64,000 nucleotides of DNA from Candidatus Bathyarchaeia archaeon (lineage in GTDB: Archaea > Thermoproteota > CALKCG01 > B24): NCBI GenBank assembly GCA_038870975.1, contig JAVZJD010000002.1:192001-256000 (forward strand), given 5' to 3'. Of this stretch, positions 1 to 9,173 are shown piece after piece (position 1 is the first letter of the stretch; every line of letters begins with the position of its first letter). Made by a program: the position numbers and the translations under genes. The notes beneath the pieces are model-generated. The model had not been told where the DNA came from, ran no database searches, and was given only the letters and a program-made list of their open reading frames with translations.

Positions 1-190
1 AGCCTCCAGGCTTTACTCCTCCATCTCTGAAAAGCCTTCTCACGTAATCTATAGATTTTTCCTCTGCAAGCTTTAAAACCTCATTTATATCTATTTCAAG
101 CCCTTGGAAACTGCCCAGCTTCGCAAGCTTGATGTTTTCATTTAGTGTTTTATGGATGCCTATAGCGTATGGACTTAAATTTCTAAACAT
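1..190 (-). CDS. Partial (runs off window) sugar phosphate isomerase/epimerase, xylose-isomerase-like TIM barrel
   Basis: Hand translation of the minus strand: MFRNLSPYAIGIHKTLNENIKLAKLGSFQGLEIDI...; the N-terminal AxxxGFxGxE pattern fits this family. Divergent from the Gfo/Idh/MocA genes. Alternative ATG at 208. Confidence 0.55.
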   Translation of the reverse strand, partial: MFRNLSPYAIGIHKTLNENIKLAKLGSFQGLEIDINEVLKLAEEKSIDYVRRLFRDGGVKPGG

Positions 191-257
191 ACCCTCTAGT
201 ATGTCCATAGTTCTTTAAAGCTTTTCACCTGCTTAACCAAGGCTGGGGATTGTAGGG

Positions 258-1292
258 TTGTTAAGCTTAAATATCATTTCCTCCTCTGAGGATGTAGGTG
301 GTCTATTGGTAAACGTCGGCATTATAGGTTGTGGAGGGATAATGAGGGGGTGTCACATACCAATACTGGCTAAAATGTCGAATGTAAAATTGGTTGCCTT
401 CTGCGACGTTGAAATCGGTAGAGCCAGAGAGTTGGCTCAAACGTATAAAGCGAATGCTTACGCCGACTACCGGGATATGCTTCTAAGGGAGAGGCTTGAC
501 GCGGTGTTTATAGCTGTTCCACCCTATGCGCATGGATTTGAAGTGGAGGTTGTTGAAAAAGGGATACATATTTTCGTTGAAAAGCCGGTTGCATTAGATT
601 TAGATACGGCTAAACAGGTGGAGAAAGCCATTCAGAGGTCTGGGGTTGTAAATAGCGTGGGGTATATGTGGCGTTACCTGGATACTACGGATAAGGCTTT
701 AGAAGTTTTAAGAGACTCCGGTCCAATAGTCCTCGTTGAGGGTCACTATATAGACCCATTTTGGCTTCCACCTGGGCATTGGTGGCTTAGTAAGAGTAAA
801 GGTGGAGGACAGGTTATTGAACAGGCAACTCACGTTTTCGACTTGGCTAGGTTTCTAGTTGGCGATGTTGAGAAAGTATACGCTGAATTCGACTACAGTT
901 TGATAGGTAAGTATGCAGCGGGCTCCGATGTTGAAGACTGCTCTATAACGGTTTTAAAATTTAAAAATGGAGCCATAGGTGTTATAACTGCTACATGTAT
1001 CAGTAGAAACACCTACAACTTCACAGACTTGAAAATCCTAGCTGAGAAAACGGTTATAGAACACGGAGGACACAGAGGCTTCTTAAGATTATACAGGCAC
1101 AATAGGATTGAAGAGATTAGACCGTCTGTAGACCCGTATGCTCTAGAGGATGAGATATTCATAGATGCCGTTGAGAAGGGTGATACATCTAAGATAAGGT
1201 CAAACTACAGCGACGCTGTAAAGACGTTAGAGGTTACATTAGCCGCTAATGAATCCAGTAGTACCAGTAAATCGGTAAAACTCAGCCAGTAG
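258..1292 (+). CDS. Gfo/Idh/MocA family oxidoreductase
   Basis: GIIGCGGI Rossmann motif, EKP motif, EQATHVFD. True start probably TTG at 306. Confidence 0.9.
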   Translation: MLSLNIISSSEDVGGLLVNVGIIGCGGIMRGCHIPILAKMSNVKLVAFCDVEIGRARELAQTYKANAYADYRDMLLRERLDAVFIAVPPYAHGFEVEVVEKGIHIFVEKPVALDLDTAKQVEKAIQRSGVVNSVGYMWRYLDTTDKALEVLRDSGPIVLVEGHYIDPFWLPPGHWWLSKSKGGGQVIEQATHVFDLARFLVGDVEKVYAEFDYSLIGKYAAGSDVEDCSITVLKFKNGAIGVITATCISRNTYNFTDLKILAEKTVIEHGGHRGFLRLYRHNRIEEIRPSVDPYALEDEIFIDAVEKGDTSKIRSNYSDAVKTLEVTLAANESSSTSKSVKLSQ

Positions 1293-1303
1293 GTGTATCT
1301 TAT

Positions 1304-2293
1304 ATGGCTTTAGGTGTTGGAGTCGTCGGTTGTGGCGGTCAAGGCTTAGCGCATATTGAACGCTTTCTAAGAGATGGACGCGTTAAACTACAGGCGGTCT
1401 GCGATGTAGATGAAGCTAAAGCCAAGGAGGCGGCTAAACGGTTTAACGTCGAATATTACACCAGCTATGAGGAGTTCTTGGAGAATCCGAATTTAGACAT
1501 CGTTAGTATTGCTACGCCTAACTACATGCATGCTTCTCAAACGGTGGCTGCTTTAAACGCCGGTAAACACACCCTGTGTGAGAAGCCCATGGCTTTAACG
1601 GTTGAAGACTGCGATGAGATGATTAAAGCCTCTGAAAAATCCGGTAGACTTCTAGCAGTAGGTTTCCAGTTAAGGTTTAAAGACGCTTTCCAAAAGGTTC
1701 GAAGTTTACTGCATGAGCTTGAAGAACCTTTAAACGCTTACGTGTTGAGGCTTTCACCCAACCCCTATGATTTAAACCTTGAGTGGAGGAGGAAGAAGTC
1801 CCTCATGGGAGGACTAATACTCAGCATGAATTGTCATGAAATAGATATGATGAGGTGGCTCCTAGGCGAAATAGACTATGTTAAAGCGGATTTAAAAACC
1901 ATGCTCTATGGAGATATCATCGACTACGAGGATAACGCATGGCTGACTTTGGGCTTTAAAAGGGGACTAACGGCCGTGCTCGGGTCGAGTATGACTGCTC
2001 ACACATCGGTATACGAGTACATGTTTATCTGTAGAGGTGGAACCGTTATTCTCCACCCGTGGGAGAATAAGATATCGGTTTTCCAAGAGCATGCCAGTAG
2101 GACGGTAATAGCCGAGAGTGATGACCCTCTGCAGAAAGAGATATCTTGCTTCATAGACTCCGTAGAAGATGGGAAGCTTAAACCGCCTCTAGCCTCAGGA
2201 ATAGATGGTAGAGCTGCTACAGCGGTCATAGAGGCTGCGAGAAGGTCTTCTGAAAAAGGTGGGTTAGCTGTAAAACCTAGGGGAGGTTTTTAA
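1304..2293 (+). CDS. Gfo/Idh/MocA family oxidoreductase
   Basis: GVVGCGGQG, ATPNYMH, CEKPMA, CHEID. Confidence 0.9.
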   Translation: MALGVGVVGCGGQGLAHIERFLRDGRVKLQAVCDVDEAKAKEAAKRFNVEYYTSYEEFLENPNLDIVSIATPNYMHASQTVAALNAGKHTLCEKPMALTVEDCDEMIKASEKSGRLLAVGFQLRFKDAFQKVRSLLHELEEPLNAYVLRLSPNPYDLNLEWRRKKSLMGGLILSMNCHEIDMMRWLLGEIDYVKADLKTMLYGDIIDYEDNAWLTLGFKRGLTAVLGSSMTAHTSVYEYMFICRGGTVILHPWENKISVFQEHASRTVIAESDDPLQKEISCFIDSVEDGKLKPPLASGIDGRAATAVIEAARRSSEKGGLAVKPRGGF

Positions 2294-2301
2294 ACAATCC
2301 C

Positions 2302-3228
2302 ATGGCTGTGGGTTACAATAGATTGGAGGTTTGGAGCGGCTTCGACCTAGCTTCCTCTCTTAAAGCCAGTTTTTCACTCCCCCTTTTTGAAAACCCAAAG
2401 TCTGACACCTTCGTTAAAATATATGGTTATTCTGCTGGTTCGATTTTCAAAATCGAGAAAGATGCCACGTATTACTATGGTTGTAGTCTTAACGATGCAC
2501 TACTTTTAAGCGGGGCTTGGTTCAACCCCCTTGAAAACGTGAAAAAGCTCAGCCGTAGGAGGGCAGCATACGTTTACGAGTTTTTAGAGGTCTTTCCAGG
2601 TTTAAGCATAGCCGTCGATCCTTGGGATTTAAAAGCCATGTTCTACTCCATCTTCCTATCGAGGAATACGAGTTATCACATTAATACCGTCCGCTGGCTA
2701 CGTTGTATGGCTGTTGAAGCGGGGGATGAGGGGAAGCTAGTCTCTCTAGACCCGAGGGTTTTCGGGAGAAGCTATCAACTCGTTCAATTGGCTGAAATCA
2801 AACCTGAGTTGGATAAAACGTTGGACTCTATAGCCCTTGAGCTTAAATTTTTTGAATATGAAGATGTTTTTTCACGTGTGAAAACTAGGCTTTTACAGCT
2901 TCCATACGTCGGCTCTAAGTCCGTACACGCCTTTGGACTCTTCTGCCTAGGCTTAACGCGCCTTGCACCAGTGGATAGGCATTTAATGGAGATTGCCAAA
3001 TCGATAGGGGTGGCGGATAATCGCTTTAAAATACCTAGGAAGGAGCTCTGTATGAAGTATGACTGCCTTAAGGGTTCTGATGGCTGTCCAAGGTTTGAAG
3101 TATGTTTAACAGCTAAATTGATGCGTGAATTTGGAGCTATGGCTGGTTGGATTCAGACGGCAGCATACTTATACGGTGCTCAATACTTAAGTAGAGGATT
3201 AGACCCAGCTGGTATTCTCAGGAGATGA
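2302..3228 (+). CDS. HhH-GPD superfamily DNA glycosylase-like protein with C-terminal 4-Cys cluster
   Basis: HhH motif LLQLPYVGSKS, then APVDRH (catalytic Asp position), then C-x4-C-x6-C-x5-C. Confidence 0.65.
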   Translation: MAVGYNRLEVWSGFDLASSLKASFSLPLFENPKSDTFVKIYGYSAGSIFKIEKDATYYYGCSLNDALLLSGAWFNPLENVKKLSRRRAAYVYEFLEVFPGLSIAVDPWDLKAMFYSIFLSRNTSYHINTVRWLRCMAVEAGDEGKLVSLDPRVFGRSYQLVQLAEIKPELDKTLDSIALELKFFEYEDVFSRVKTRLLQLPYVGSKSVHAFGLFCLGLTRLAPVDRHLMEIAKSIGVADNRFKIPRKELCMKYDCLKGSDGCPRFEVCLTAKLMREFGAMAGWIQTAAYLYGAQYLSRGLDPAGILRR

Positions 3229-4028
3229 TTATATTGACTGTAGTATCACGCTACGACCCACTAAAGTTGACAGATAAAGTAAGAGGGGTCGTTACTAGAA
3301 TCGGGTTGAATGGTGTAGAGGAGAGGCGCTACTATAGGTTTAGAGGCGGACGTTGGTATGGTGGTATAGCTACTGGAGACGTTGTAGGGTGTAATTTGAG
3401 GTGTGGGTTTTGCTGGAGTTGGAGGGAGGCTAGTCATAGAATGGTGGAGGGGTCTTTCTACAAGCCGGAGGAAGTCTTCAGGAGGCTTGTAAGCATAGCT
3501 GATGCACGGGGGTATAGAGCCGTCAGGTTGAGTGGGGGAGAGCCTACGATTTCAAGGGGTCACATTTTAAGGCTATTGGAGCTGTTTGAGGGTACCAACT
3601 ACACATTCATACTTGAAACAAACGGTATTCTAATAGGGGCGGATAAAACCTATGCGGAAGAACTTGCAGAGTACAAAAATCTATCCGTCAGAGTTTCCAT
3701 TAAAGGTACGAGTGAGGAGGAATTCCACATGTTGACGTTGGCAGAGCCGAGCTTCTTCCAATACCAGTTGAAAGCTTTAAGAAATCTTATAGACGTCGGA
3801 TTGGAACCGGGTAGACGCGTCTACCCAGCGGTTATGCTAAGCTTCAGTAGCGCTGAAAACTATGAAAGTTTGAAAACCCTTTTAGCAGAAATACATCCCC
3901 AGCTTCCAAAAGAAATAGATGAAGAGTATGTAATACTCTATCCACACGTTATTAAAATCCTAGAGGTCAGAGGGCTGAAGCCGAAGATCGCCTACAAGCC
4001 TGAAGGCATCCCGGCATTTATGATATGA
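3225..4028 (+). CDS. Radical SAM protein (archaeal family with RYYRFRGGRWYGGIAT N-terminus)
   Basis: CNLRCGFC (CxxxCxxC), SGGEP, ETNG; ATGA overlap with the upstream gene. Confidence 0.88.
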   Translation: MIILTVVSRYDPLKLTDKVRGVVTRIGLNGVEERRYYRFRGGRWYGGIATGDVVGCNLRCGFCWSWREASHRMVEGSFYKPEEVFRRLVSIADARGYRAVRLSGGEPTISRGHILRLLELFEGTNYTFILETNGILIGADKTYAEELAEYKNLSVRVSIKGTSEEEFHMLTLAEPSFFQYQLKALRNLIDVGLEPGRRVYPAVMLSFSSAENYESLKTLLAEIHPQLPKEIDEEYVILYPHVIKILEVRGLKPKIAYKPEGIPAFMI

Positions 4029-4134
4029 AGCAATGTAACTGTGTATTTTTGGGCGAATTTTAATTGAAAGGTTAAACGCTTGTGGTTGGGTTTTTCATAA
4101 AAGTATGGCTTGTATTGAGCATAGAGTTAGTACG

Positions 4135-5361
4135 CTATTTTTGCATTTCCCGTATAGACTGCGTCTGTTCAGACGTTGAACTGTAGGATTTATGTAAGGT
4201 TATGGAGGATATAAAGGCCAGTATCACCGTCATAAGGACGATTGTAGAGTATAAGTCTGGCGTTATAACTCCGGATGTAAAACCTATGGACGCTATAATT
4301 ATGCTTATTTCGCCCCTGGGAATCATACTTATCCCCACGTCAAGAGCCTTACGGCTTCCCCTCGATAGGAGGAAAACTGGTAGAGTGCAGCCTACGAGTT
4401 TTCCGACTACTGCTACAAGGGTAAATGCAATAAGTAAACCCGTAGACATTGGACTAAAGCTGGTGAGGTTTGCAGCGGCGCCCATTACTCCAAAGAACAT
4501 GGGTGAGAAAATTAGGGCGATCGTTGATATGAATTCTCTTACACGTTTAATGGATTTTGTCCTAGCTATAGCCATTCCAGCTATTAAAGCACCTACAAAA
4601 GATGAAAGCCCTATGGCTTGGCTTAAGGCGGCTAAAAAGAAGCAGGACGCTACACTTAGGGATTCAATGCTTCCTGAAACCTTCCACTCAGATTGATCGA
4701 TGACGTAAGGAATGACGTAAACGCCTACGGCAAGCATTACCATAAGCAGTAGGATCACTTTAAAAATCGTTTCCACTATGTTGGAGATGGAAGGGAATGT
4801 TGAATTTAAGGCAACGGAGCGTGCTAATGCTATAAGAATAACGCCGAAGATACTGTCGACCATTGTAGCGTTTATGACGATTTGCGACTCCCTCCTAGAT
4901 GTAAGATGAAGGTCTTCTAGAATGCGTATGGTAACGGCGGCACCAGTTATAGAAATCGATGCCGCTAAGATTATGGCCGATTGAAAAGATAGCCCGAAAA
5001 AGATGCTGAGCGAATAGACTAGGATAAAGGTTGAAACAACTCCTATGCAACTGGTTAAAATGGAGGCCCATAAAACCTCTCTTAACTCGGCAAACGAGGT
5101 TTCAAGCCCGGCGAGAAATAGCAGGACGATTCCACCCATCTCTGCAAATGCAAAGACTATTTCATTAAACTCCACAAGGGGGACTCCGTAGATTGTGATG
5201 GCGGTCCCTAAGGCATAAGGACCGAATACGATGCCAGCAAGTAGCTCTCCTAAAACGGGAATCTTAAGCGGAGTAAATACTTCCGCGGCGAGTTTTGCTA
5301 CGACGATTAATACACATAAGCTCAATATGGCTCTTAAAGCTGGGTCTAAAACTGCAACCAT
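4135..5361 (-). CDS. Cation:proton antiporter, CPA2 (NapA/KefB-like)
   Basis: ~12 hydrophobic segments; GELLAGIVFGP, LLFLAGLE, PRGEIS motifs. Confidence 0.88.
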   Translation of the reverse strand: MVAVLDPALRAILSLCVLIVVAKLAAEVFTPLKIPVLGELLAGIVFGPYALGTAITIYGVPLVEFNEIVFAFAEMGGIVLLFLAGLETSFAELREVLWASILTSCIGVVSTFILVYSLSIFFGLSFQSAIILAASISITGAAVTIRILEDLHLTSRRESQIVINATMVDSIFGVILIALARSVALNSTFPSISNIVETIFKVILLLMVMLAVGVYVIPYVIDQSEWKVSGSIESLSVASCFFLAALSQAIGLSSFVGALIAGMAIARTKSIKRVREFISTIALIFSPMFFGVMGAAANLTSFSPMSTGLLIAFTLVAVVGKLVGCTLPVFLLSRGSRKALDVGISMIPRGEISIIIASIGFTSGVITPDLYSTIVLMTVILAFISSITLHKSYSSTSEQTQSIREMQK

Positions 5362-5527
5362 AAAAATACTCAGACTTAGAAATGAATTCAGACCAACTTT
5401 AATATTTTTCGGTTTTAACCTTTCTATAAAAAAGTTGAAGCAGATGTGTAGTAGAATGGCTACGCAACAATCGCTATATTTTAAAATGACGCCACAGTCT
5501 GATGGTTGTCATATGTAAATTCTAAGA

Positions 5528-5616
5528 TGGCGCCGGGGGTGGGATTTGAACCCACGAGCCCCGTATGGAGCACAGGCTTAGCAGGCCTGCACCCTACCAG
5601 ACTAGGTGACCCCGGC
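5528..5616 (-). tRNA. tRNA-Ser(GCT)
   Basis: Reverse complement GCCGGGG...CAGGC-CT-GCT-AA-GCCTG, long variable arm, GGGTTCAAATCCC T-arm, encoded CCA. Confidence 0.95.
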
Positions 5617-5744
5617 TCGGGTATACTTAACTCATTTTATCACGTGACTCCTTCCATGCATTATTTCTAATGCAGTAGACGAATTTAAAGTTTTGTGGTG
5701 TAAATGAGGCAGGGATAGATTCCTTACTCGCTCAGGGAAAAATA

Positions 5745-6068
5745 TTAGAGCAGTTTACTTAAGCTTTCGATAACTCTCTCTTTTCTTCCGTAAGCCCCCT
5801 CATTAATAAGCATGAGGAGCTTATTCGTCACATCTCGATAAGGTTCGATGACTTTACTTATGGCATAATCTATAAACTCGTGCTTCAAGGTCTCTAAAGC
5901 CTTTTCAAAATCTTCTTCATAGATGTAAATGGTCTCTCCTTTAACCTCACCAGATAATTTTGAGTCGCCGTTTGGAATCCAGACTACTTTTAATTCATAG
6001 TCCATTTTAAGCAAGCGCTTTAGCCTCTCAAGCCTTCTTCCTGTGGCTTGTTTCAGCGCGGCTTTCAT
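5745..6068 (-). CDS. Hypothetical protein, zincin-like (HExxD variant)
   Basis: SGEVKGETIYIYE...TLKHEFIDY; overlaps the neighbouring ORF by 4 nt. Confidence 0.5.
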   Translation of the reverse strand: MKAALKQATGRRLERLKRLLKMDYELKVVWIPNGDSKLSGEVKGETIYIYEEDFEKALETLKHEFIDYAISKVIEPYRDVTNKLLMLINEGAYGRKERVIESLSKLL

Positions 6069-6385
6069 TTGGCATCACTCAGCCCAATCAGATTCGGTAG
6101 CTTTTGTAACCCGTTTATCTCAAGAACGGTTATTCCCTTTCCATATAGCTTGGCGCATTTTTCAACCGACTTCTTCACAGAGCTACTTCCACAAACTATT
6201 GTGGACTTTTTAAACTTAGCCTCTATGAGCTTTTTAACGTTAACCTCTACGTCACTCTCCCCGGTTTCAACCTCTATCGCTATCCTCTTATCTACAACTA
6301 TGTCGATGAACTTGCCATCGCCTATTGGAGATTCCAACTCAACTTCAAGTCCTAAGCGTTCAAATTCCTCAGCTATGAGCTTAGT
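6065..6385 (-). pseudogene. 5'-truncated PD-(D/E)xK nuclease-like domain
   Basis: KLIAEEFERLGLEVELESPIGDGKFIDIVVDKRIAIEVETG; the coherent frame ends at a junction near 6385. Confidence 0.55.
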
Positions 6386-6682
6386 GCTTGGAGGGATGGC
6401 TTTAGAATACTGATGGCTGCCGTAAGGGTTATGTGGCTCTACAATCCAGTATTCCTATTCTCATCTCTACTGGCACTACTGATCGTACCTGGAGCTATAA
6501 TCCTCCTGGAGCAGTTTACGTTGAGATACCTATACGGTGCTGAAGCCTGGTCTTTGGGATGGTCTTGGCTTGGATTAGTCTTATTCGTAGCCGGTCTCCA
6601 AGGGTTAACCATAGCAACGATATCTCTAATACTTAAGAGGATGGAGAGGAGGATAATCCGCATACTTGAGGGAAGAATGTAA
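6383..6682 (+). pseudogene. C-terminal fragment of a GT2 (DPM1-like) glycosyltransferase
   Basis: SAWRDGFRILMAAVRVMWLYNPVFLF plus 2 TM helices; catalytic N-terminal domain absent. Confidence 0.65.
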
Positions 6683-6863
6683 GGAATTCCAAAACCTTAG
6701 GCGTAGTTGAATACTTCACTCTGAAGCCTAAGCCTTTAGCCTCTGGCTTCAATTTTGGGGAGTTCGCAGTCGAATTTATCTTAGAGTTACACGCCAATGG
6801 ATGGACTGTTGAAGAAAGGGTTTAGATAAGTTTAAGAATTACGTGGGGATTAGTGTATATCTG

Positions 6864-6962
6864 ATGGAGAGGGTTCGCAGTCGTATAGGACATATATATC
6901 CTATTAGAAGGAGGATAGGTCATATATATCCATTGAAGAAGTGGTTAGAACGTGGCCGTTAG
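6864..6962 (+). CDS. 32-aa basic mini-ORF with duplicated RIGHIYP motif
   Basis: MERVRSRIGHIYPIRRRIGHIYPLKKWLERGR*; TTTAAG TATA-like box ~33 nt upstream; overlaps the next start by 11 nt. Confidence 0.4.
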   Translation: MERVRSRIGHIYPIRRRIGHIYPLKKWLERGR

Positions 6963-7374
6963 AGTGAGACTCAGAGTTACCAGTAGGTATGGCGGGGAGG
7001 TTCCTACACCCGCTCTAGTCAACTCTGGTTTCGAGGCTGAGACGCCACAGTTGCTACTGCCCAGGGGCCTCGCATCGATACTCAACCTATGGCCCCCACC
7101 ACCTGAAGCACAGCTCATAGAGGTTGGGACTGCTGGAGGCCCTGTAAGAAACTATATAGTACCTAGAGCTCTACAGGTATGGGTTGAAACAGAGGATAGA
7201 AGAGTTGGACCCATAGAATGCGATGCTATGATCTCACTACTAGAGTACGAGGTTCTGATAAGCGATATGCTTGGTGGAGAACTAGGAATAGTCATACTAG
7301 ATTTGAGAGGTAAATGGAGGTTCACAGACGAGGATAAGGTTAGATCAACAGAGCCACCACGATACTGGTTCTAA
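6952..7374 (+). CDS. Clan AA aspartic-protease-fold protein, NSG variant
   Basis: PALVNSGFEAETPQLLLP at the D(S/T)G position; flap GTAGG; EVLISD. Confidence 0.65.
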   Translation: MAVRVRLRVTSRYGGEVPTPALVNSGFEAETPQLLLPRGLASILNLWPPPPEAQLIEVGTAGGPVRNYIVPRALQVWVETEDRRVGPIECDAMISLLEYEVLISDMLGGELGIVILDLRGKWRFTDEDKVRSTEPPRYWF

Positions 7375-7499
7375 ACCTCCGACAGAGATGTACAGCCAAG
7401 CTCCAAAACCGATGTAGATGATAGAACGGTATGAAACCTCTATAATCACCCTCAGATACGATACTGAGCATAATGAGACGATGCTTTACGATATCGACA

Positions 7500-7560
7500 C
7501 ACTTAACCGAAGCCGAGAGTAGGGTGTACACGACGCCGATACTCCACGGGGAACTGGGCA
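7500..7560 (+). pseudogene. Short relic of a GT2 paralogous to 9846..10631
   Basis: LTEAESRVYTTPILHGELG versus LRVAESKAYATPIFHGELA in the later GT2. Confidence 0.5.
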
Positions 7561-7620
7561 AGCTTCATCCCAGATATAACTACTGGTAAACTGGAGAAGG
7601 TTGAAGAGCTTCTCTTCTAG

Positions 7621-7717
7621 AGCAGTCTCCTCCAGTTCAAGCATCGCATATCTACAGAGGGCTGTGTTATCCTTGAAGAACAGCCTGGGCTTTATGAAGC
7701 TTCAGTCGTACAAGCCT
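7621..7717 (+). repeat. Degenerate copy of the 3' end of the MNT gene 8239..8637
   Basis: 35-bp exact repeat AGGGCTGTGTTATCCTTGAAGAACAGCCTGGGCTT at 7658-7692 and 8531-8565, with diverged similarity on both sides. Confidence 0.9.
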
Positions 7718-7820
7718 CCATGGCATTATACGCGCTGATCCAGATTATCCTCAGGAGGAGGAGGTTGTTGAAACTAAAACTTAATAAAATGAGTTTATAA
7801 ATTGCTGTGTGGATTGAGGG

Positions 7821-8249
7821 TTGAATCTTGAAAGAGTTAATAAGGCATATGTTGAGAAGCTCATATTTGACATTAGGAAATCTATCGAGTCCATCACCGG
7901 TTATGCTGTTAAGCAGTATAAGGCTATGAGTGAATCCGAGAGGTATGCTGTGAGGTACCATTTGATCGTTATGATCGAAGCTTTGATGGCTCTATCGTTG
8001 CATATCGCTAGGAGGGTTTTTAACGAGGAGCCGGAAACCCCATCTTATGCCTTTAGAGTCCTCAGGGATAGATGCTTAGTCTCAACAGAGGAATGCGATG
8101 AATTACTTAAGCTTTTAGGGTTGAGGAATCTACTGGTGCATAGATATTGGGTTGTGGATGATGAGAGGATATATAGGGATGTGAAGAAGGATTTTAAAAG
8201 TGTATTCAGCCTGATCGAGAAGATCGAAGGGTTGCTAGGTGATGATTGA
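7821..8249 (+). CDS. hepT: DUF86 HEPN ribonuclease toxin (HepT-like)
   Basis: RNLLVHRY (Rx4H followed by Tyr). Confidence 0.88.
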   Translation: MNLERVNKAYVEKLIFDIRKSIESITGYAVKQYKAMSESERYAVRYHLIVMIEALMALSLHIARRVFNEEPETPSYAFRVLRDRCLVSTEECDELLKLLGLRNLLVHRYWVVDDERIYRDVKKDFKSVFSLIEKIEGLLGDD

Positions 8250-8637
8250 GCATTACAAGTATTATAGGCTTAGTTTAGAGGAGAGGGAGCTTATAATCAA
8301 GAGGATTAGAGCCATTCTTAAGGAGGAGGGTGTACCCTTAGCCATTCTATTCGGGAGCTTCATCGAGCTAGATGCTTTTAGAGATGTAGATGTAGCTGTA
8401 TACCTAAGGAGAGTGGACCCTGATCATCTGCTTAGGCTGGCTAATAGGGTGGAGGGGGAGCTAGGATTACCCGTTGACGTTATACCCCTCAACACCGTAT
8501 CCTCAAAGTTTAGGCATCATATTCTCACAAAGGGCTGTGTTATCCTTGAAGAACAGCCTGGGCTTCATGAAGCTTTAATCATACAAGCCCTAGATGAGAT
8601 TACGCTATTAGAAAGTGGAGGAAAACGGAAGGTTTAA
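8239..8637 (+). CDS. mntA: Minimal nucleotidyltransferase antitoxin (MntA-like)
   Basis: LFGSFIELDAFRDVDVAV ... PVDVIPL; overlaps the HEPN gene. Confidence 0.85.
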   Translation: MMIEHYKYYRLSLEERELIIKRIRAILKEEGVPLAILFGSFIELDAFRDVDVAVYLRRVDPDHLLRLANRVEGELGLPVDVIPLNTVSSKFRHHILTKGCVILEEQPGLHEALIIQALDEITLLESGGKRKV

Positions 8638-8724
8638 GATGAAGGCTCAACCTGAAAGGATGGTAACAACCGTTGCGGTAGTGTATGTTGAACCAGCCTG
8701 CTAGGTTAGCAGCTTTCAGAATTA

Positions 8725-9132
8725 ATGTATGTTGGGCACGCTATGATTCGACGGTATTATCGCTTATCTGTAGGTTTTTTGGAGAAAATTGGTGCCTATA
8801 AGCATAGGGTTAGAGGTCCTACTGGTGAAGCCGATGTTAGATTCTTAGTCGATAGCGGTGCAGTATATTCACTTCTCCCCGAAGAGGTGTGGAGGAGGAT
8901 AGGGCTCACCCCCATGCGTGAGCATGAGTTTATCCTCGCTGATGGAAGCACGGTTAAGCGGAAGGTTTCAGAGTGCTACATATCCCTCCCACAGGGCGAG
9001 TGCCATACACCCGTTATCCTCGGTGAAGCTGACGACCAAGCCCTCCTCGGCGTTGTAACCTTGGAGATATTGGGCTTAGTATTCAACCCCTTCAAGCGTA
9101 CACTACAGCCCATGCGGATGCTACTCATTTGA
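8725..9132 (+). CDS. Clan AA aspartic protease (retropepsin-like); start uncertain, possibly TTG 8779
   Basis: FLVDSGAVYSLLP, LADG flap, ALLGVVTLE. Confidence 0.82.
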   Translation: MYVGHAMIRRYYRLSVGFLEKIGAYKHRVRGPTGEADVRFLVDSGAVYSLLPEEVWRRIGLTPMREHEFILADGSTVKRKVSECYISLPQGECHTPVILGEADDQALLGVVTLEILGLVFNPFKRTLQPMRMLLI

Positions 9133-9173
9133 GTTTAAATACGGGTAAATTCATCGTTTTATGTTGAAGCATT

